Origin: Pseudomonadota bacterium
Lineage (GTDB): Bacteria > Desulfobacterota > Desulfobacteria > Desulfobacterales > RPRI01
DNA length: 64,000 nt
Reading direction: 5' to 3'
NCBI GenBank assembly: GCA_043825875.1
Contig: JBDRRF010000103.1
Span: 64,001 to 128,000, forward strand
In this document: piece after piece, positions 60,291 through 64,000 of the stretch
Layout of the letters: each line of letters starts with the position of its first letter
How positions within the stretch are numbered: position 1 is the first letter of the stretch
Notes under the pieces: model-generated
Databases searched by the model: none
The model's input: only the letters and a program-made list of their open reading frames with translations
What the model was told of the DNA's origin: nothing
Program-made: the position numbers and the translations under genes

Positions 60291-61322
60291 TTATTTACCA
60301 AACGGGCAAACCGGATACTGGCATTTTTTGCAATTCATGCAAAAGCCGCCGTGGCCCATCTGCGCAATTTCTGCTTTTGTTATTTTGTCTCCAGCCAACA
60401 CCCTGGGAAAAACCAAATCGAAAATTGTTGTCGCATTATAATAAACACAGGCGGGAAGACCAAGGATAGGAACATCTTTAACAGTCGCATGCAGGAACAT
60501 GGCACCTGGAAGAATGGGTGAACCGTAAACGATAATTTTGCCTCCGGCTTTTTTTACTCCCTGTTTTGTTACATCATCAGGATCAACGGACAGGCCTCCT
60601 GTTGTAAGAATAAGTTCACATCCAAAATCAACAAGTTCGTTAATAGCGTCTGCAATCATTTTTAGATCGTCGGGAACCAGTATCTTTTTTACTACTTCCG
60701 AACCGAAATCACTGACTTTACTGCCAACAAATTTATCGAACTCATCTTTTATCAATCCTTCGTAAAGTTCGCTTCCTGTAACTACTGCTCCAACTTTAAG
60801 CTTTCTGTATGGCATCAAACTTATAACGGGTTCATGTTTTTTTGCGATAGCCTCAACCCGTTCAATCTGCTTCCGGGATACTATCAGAGGTATTATCCGT
60901 GTTCCACCAACAATCTGATCTTTTTTGCATGGGAAATTGGTTCTAATGGTTGAAATTATAATGTTATCTAATTTATTAATTTTAAGAAGCCCGGTAACAT
61001 TAATTTTAAGAAGTCCGTCTGTTTCACAGATTATAGCTGATTTACCCTCGCTGGGATTGGTATACCGGATTCCATCACCGCAGATTGAAGAAGCAATACG
61101 CAGGGCACCATCATCTTCATGAACATAATTATTCGAAAGATTAAGGACATAGAGCGTTTGCTTTCCCAGTTTGAGTAATTCCGGAATATCTTCTTCCCGC
61201 AACACATGGCCTTTTTTAAAAGCAACTCCTTTAAATTTTCCGGGAATAATGCGTGTCATATCATGAGGTAAAACCATTCCCACAGCATCTTCCACCCTGA
61301 CCTTTTTCATAATCTTTCTCAT
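60291..61322 (-). CDS. Molybdopterin-binding (MoeA/CinA-like) protein with Cys-rich tail
   Basis: HDMTRIIPG, TGSE, TGGLSVDPDD, PILPGAM, GLPAC, GGFCMNC..C.YPVCPFGK. Confidence 0.85.
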   Translation of the reverse strand: MRKIMKKVRVEDAVGMVLPHDMTRIIPGKFKGVAFKKGHVLREEDIPELLKLGKQTLYVLNLSNNYVHEDDGALRIASSICGDGIRYTNPSEGKSAIICETDGLLKINVTGLLKINKLDNIIISTIRTNFPCKKDQIVGGTRIIPLIVSRKQIERVEAIAKKHEPVISLMPYRKLKVGAVVTGSELYEGLIKDEFDKFVGSKVSDFGSEVVKKILVPDDLKMIADAINELVDFGCELILTTGGLSVDPDDVTKQGVKKAGGKIIVYGSPILPGAMFLHATVKDVPILGLPACVYYNATTIFDLVFPRVLAGDKITKAEIAQMGHGGFCMNCKKCQYPVCPFGK

Positions 61323-61657
61323 AAATTAAAATCCTTAATATAATAATTATTCTTAAAAAAAATGTTTTGAATGCTTAAAAAGCCAGATTGCTTTGAATAT
61401 GCAGATATATTTATGGAAATTATACAATATCAGATTCGTTACTTAAGGCATAAATATTTGTCAAGATAATACTATTATGATCTAATTATATTGGTTGCAT
61501 GGTTTTGTTGAAATGCTGTATGTAACTTTAGTTATATTATTCAAACATTATCGTTTATTCTTAATATACACTCAATGATGTTAAGGGCAAATAATTATAG
61601 CTTATGAGCTTATTGATTTTGAGTTTGGAAAATAACTTTTTATTCCAAGCAGGTGAT

Positions 61658-62599
61658 ATGAATTATAAAGTTTCTTTGTCTCAGAATAAAAAAAGACATG
61701 CACATATAATTGAAAATCTTAAATTGCGTTCAAAGATAATACAGGAAATCCGCCTGTTTTTTAATAAACGAGAGTATCTTGAAGTTGAAACTCCGTGTAG
61801 AATTCCGGCACCCGCCCCTGAATCATTTATCGAGGCAATTGAATCTGAAGAATATTTTTTGCAGACATCTCCCGAATTGTATATGAAAAGACTTCTTGCT
61901 TCAGGCTATCCTAAAATATTTCAGATATGCAGATGTTTCAGGCAAAATGAAAGAGGGGCCAGGCATCTTCCTGAGTTTACAATGCTTGAATGGTATTGTA
62001 CGGACTCGAATTATTTTGACATGATGAATGAATGCGAAGCTCTTATTAAGCATGTTGCCTGTAAATTGGGATTTGAAAAGGCATTAATTTATCAAGGAAA
62101 AAGCATTAACATAGATAAACCCTGGGAAAAAATAACAGTTTCAAAAGCCTTTCAAAAGTACACCTCCATATCCATGGAAAAAGCTTTGTCGAATGATCTG
62201 TTTGATGAAACAATAGCCCAAATCGAGCACAAATTAGGAACAGATGTACCGGTATTTATTTATGACTACCCGGATTCCTGCGGTGCTCTTGCCAAGCTGA
62301 AATCTTCAAACAGCCTGCTTGCCGAACGATTTGAACTCTATATTTGCGGAATGGAATTGTGTAATGCTTTTACGGAACTTACTGACCCGGTTGAACAAAG
62401 AAAGAGGTTTGAAAAAGAACTTGAATCTCGTAAAAAGGCCGGCCTTAAAGCATATCCCATTCCCGAAAAATTTCTTGAGTCACTTTCACATATGCCCGAA
62501 GCATCGGGGAATGCTTTAGGATTGGACAGACTTGTAATGCTCTTTGCAAATGCCAAATCTATTGATGATGTAATTGCTTTTACCCCTGAAGAGCTTTAG
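61658..62599 (+). CDS. epmA: EF-P lysine aminoacylase (EpmA/GenX/PoxA)
   Basis: EVETP, LQTSPELYMKRL, HLPEFTMLEWY, ERFELY, ELCNAF.EL, ALGLDRL; no anticodon domain. Confidence 0.92.
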   Translation: MNYKVSLSQNKKRHAHIIENLKLRSKIIQEIRLFFNKREYLEVETPCRIPAPAPESFIEAIESEEYFLQTSPELYMKRLLASGYPKIFQICRCFRQNERGARHLPEFTMLEWYCTDSNYFDMMNECEALIKHVACKLGFEKALIYQGKSINIDKPWEKITVSKAFQKYTSISMEKALSNDLFDETIAQIEHKLGTDVPVFIYDYPDSCGALAKLKSSNSLLAERFELYICGMELCNAFTELTDPVEQRKRFEKELESRKKAGLKAYPIPEKFLESLSHMPEASGNALGLDRLVMLFANAKSIDDVIAFTPEEL

Positions 62600-62681
62600 G
62601 TTTTATATTAAAACAGGCCGCTCACACATACAATTAATATTGCAATAGTTTGATGGCTTTATACTATTCGCTTCAATAATA

Positions 62682-63347
62682 TTATCTGTGTCGCTTGAAA
62701 AGCCTTGGATTGATTTTAATGAAAGCGTTAATCAAATGTTCGAAAAAAGATTCGTTTTTCCCAGATTTGAGGTAGCCATAACCAAGCACAGAAATTAAAA
62801 AAGCACCTAAAGTATCAACAATCAAATCCCACATAGTATCGGTCAAACCGGAAGGGTCACCAAGCATTTCCTTTTGCATATTCATGGCAAAAATACTGTC
62901 CAAAATATATTCCACAATCTCCCAAAGAGCACCAATCCCAATTGCAAAAAGGAACGCAAAAAAAGCAACGAAACCAATTTTCATATGAAGGCCGATTCTC
63001 TGAGTTTCATTTAGTACATACACCAATAGAAATCCAATAATTCCAAGCAAGAGTCCGGAGCTGGTATGGAGAACTATGTCCCACCACCAGAAACGGGTAT
63101 AATATCCACGTACTTCACCAAGGAATAAAGATGCGAAAACAAAGGCAATCGCAAAAAGTTCAAATTCTGGGGGTATATATACATGGAAGCTTTTTGCCAT
63201 AATAAGAGGAACAAGAGTGATTGCAATGATAACAATTATGATCGCAACCGTAAGCCATTGCTTTTCCCAGGCAGCAACAGCGGCTTGAATAAGCAAAATT
63301 GCCTTGAGAGCAAGGCTTAAACTACTGTGAAATGTTTCTATTTTCAT
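62682..63347 (-). CDS. Conserved inner-membrane protein (DUF2238/YjdF-like)
   Basis: Multi-TM; WWWDIVLH, ALWEIVEY, DTMWDL. Confidence 0.75.
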   Translation of the reverse strand: MKIETFHSSLSLALKAILLIQAAVAAWEKQWLTVAIIIVIIAITLVPLIMAKSFHVYIPPEFELFAIAFVFASLFLGEVRGYYTRFWWWDIVLHTSSGLLLGIIGFLLVYVLNETQRIGLHMKIGFVAFFAFLFAIGIGALWEIVEYILDSIFAMNMQKEMLGDPSGLTDTMWDLIVDTLGAFLISVLGYGYLKSGKNESFFEHLINAFIKINPRLFKRHR

Positions 63348-63559
63348 TAATTATTTATAAATTGATACTACATTTAAATGTGTTTTTTTCGCTTTATTGC
63401 GATAAAGAACTCTAAAATAATGCTCACCATTAATTAGGTGAAAAGCCATATCTCGAGGGTTGTTTAGTTTACTGGCTAAAATATATATGTTTCTTTAATT
63501 CAATTTTATTATAATAATGTTAAAAAATCAAACTCTTATTATAAAATGCTTATACAAGC

Positions 63560-63747
63560 GAGCCAATTTCAAAATATTTCTGTTTGGTCAAGCTCAGGGC
63601 GGGAGAAACATATCAACCGCAAGAATATATTGAGTATTTCGAGGATAGCGCTAAAGGTTAGCGCTTATGCTTCACTACGTGTCACTTCGTTCGAAATTTG
63701 AGCCAAACGCAGAGATCGGCCAAAATGGGGCGTTTTGAAACTGGCTT
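63560..63747 (+). mobile_element. MITE-like repeat family A, copy 6 (diverged, expanded insert, 188 bp)
   Basis: Same termini; insert with partly duplicated AGCGCT and TCACT units. Confidence 0.8.
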
Positions 63748-63879
63748 AAGATATTTGAATATTTACAGATGATAGTGAAGTTTAAGGTAAGATGCTTTAG
63801 ATTTAAGACCGGGCTTTAAAATATTCTGAAAATAATTAGCGTTCTTTATGCCATGGATAAAAATATACGTCATAATACA

Positions 63880-63918
63880 TACCAACCAGAGCGTTTTTAA
63901 AAACACTCTGGTTGGTAC
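63880..63918. terminator. Hairpin, probable terminator for the final minus-strand gene
   Basis: TACCAACCAGAG...CTCTGGTTGGTA inverted repeat just past the stop at 63938. Confidence 0.55.
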
Positions 63919-63937
63919 AATCTAATCTTTGGCTTTA

Positions 63938-64000
63938 TTAGGAGTTAGTTACGTTAAACTTTCTCCGAATTCCAACAAGACTCAGAAGGCCGGCACCTAA
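63938..64000 (-). CDS. 3' end of a probable PEP-CTERM/VPLPA-CTERM sorted protein (partial)
   Basis: ...LGAGLLSLVGIRRKFNVTNS*: hydrophobic tail followed by RRK. Confidence 0.55.
   Translation of the reverse strand, partial: LGAGLLSLVGIRRKFNVTNS

Noticed and set aside
23..62556. Many 60-150 aa ORFs antisense to or overlapping well-supported genes
   Set aside because: Shadow frames with no motifs or RBS
21125..63747. Family A repeats as CRISPR or attC sites
   Set aside because: Dispersed, 142-188 bp, no spacers, no cas genes and no AAC/GTT core boxes

Overview
AT-rich bacterial chromosome segment. Gene content suggests an anaerobic deltaproteobacterium, possibly Desulfobacterales-like (inference). 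From 1 to 21.1 kb (minus strand) lies a surface-polysaccharide operon: a legionaminic-acid-type pathway, a WbuX/HisH/HisF-like amidotransferase module, two B12-dependent radical SAM enzymes, wzx, decayed wzz remnants and a MarR-like regulator, with several short deletion-scar ORFs. From 22 to 31 kb are housekeeping genes (comEA-like, kdsD, pfk, LpoA-like, fba, NUDIX, amidohydrolase). From 31.1 to 37.1 kb is a four-gene operon I cannot assign to a known system: glycyl radical enzyme, stand-alone SCP2-like protein, activase and a 708-aa internally duplicated protein. This is the best candidate for an undescribed system. Next come an octaheme cytochrome c, sdhCAB, an orphan DNA methyltransferase fused to a degenerate SNase domain, and an atypical rubredoxin. 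Two integrase-less integron cassette arrays occur at about 46.2-47.7 kb and 53.6-57.1 kb. The window ends with yqeB, a MoeA-like gene, epmA and a probable PEP-CTERM gene end. Six copies of a 142-188 bp fold-back MITE-like repeat are scattered through the window. No CRISPR, rRNA, tRNA, transposase or integrase was recognised. All family calls are motif recognition by eye; no searches were run.
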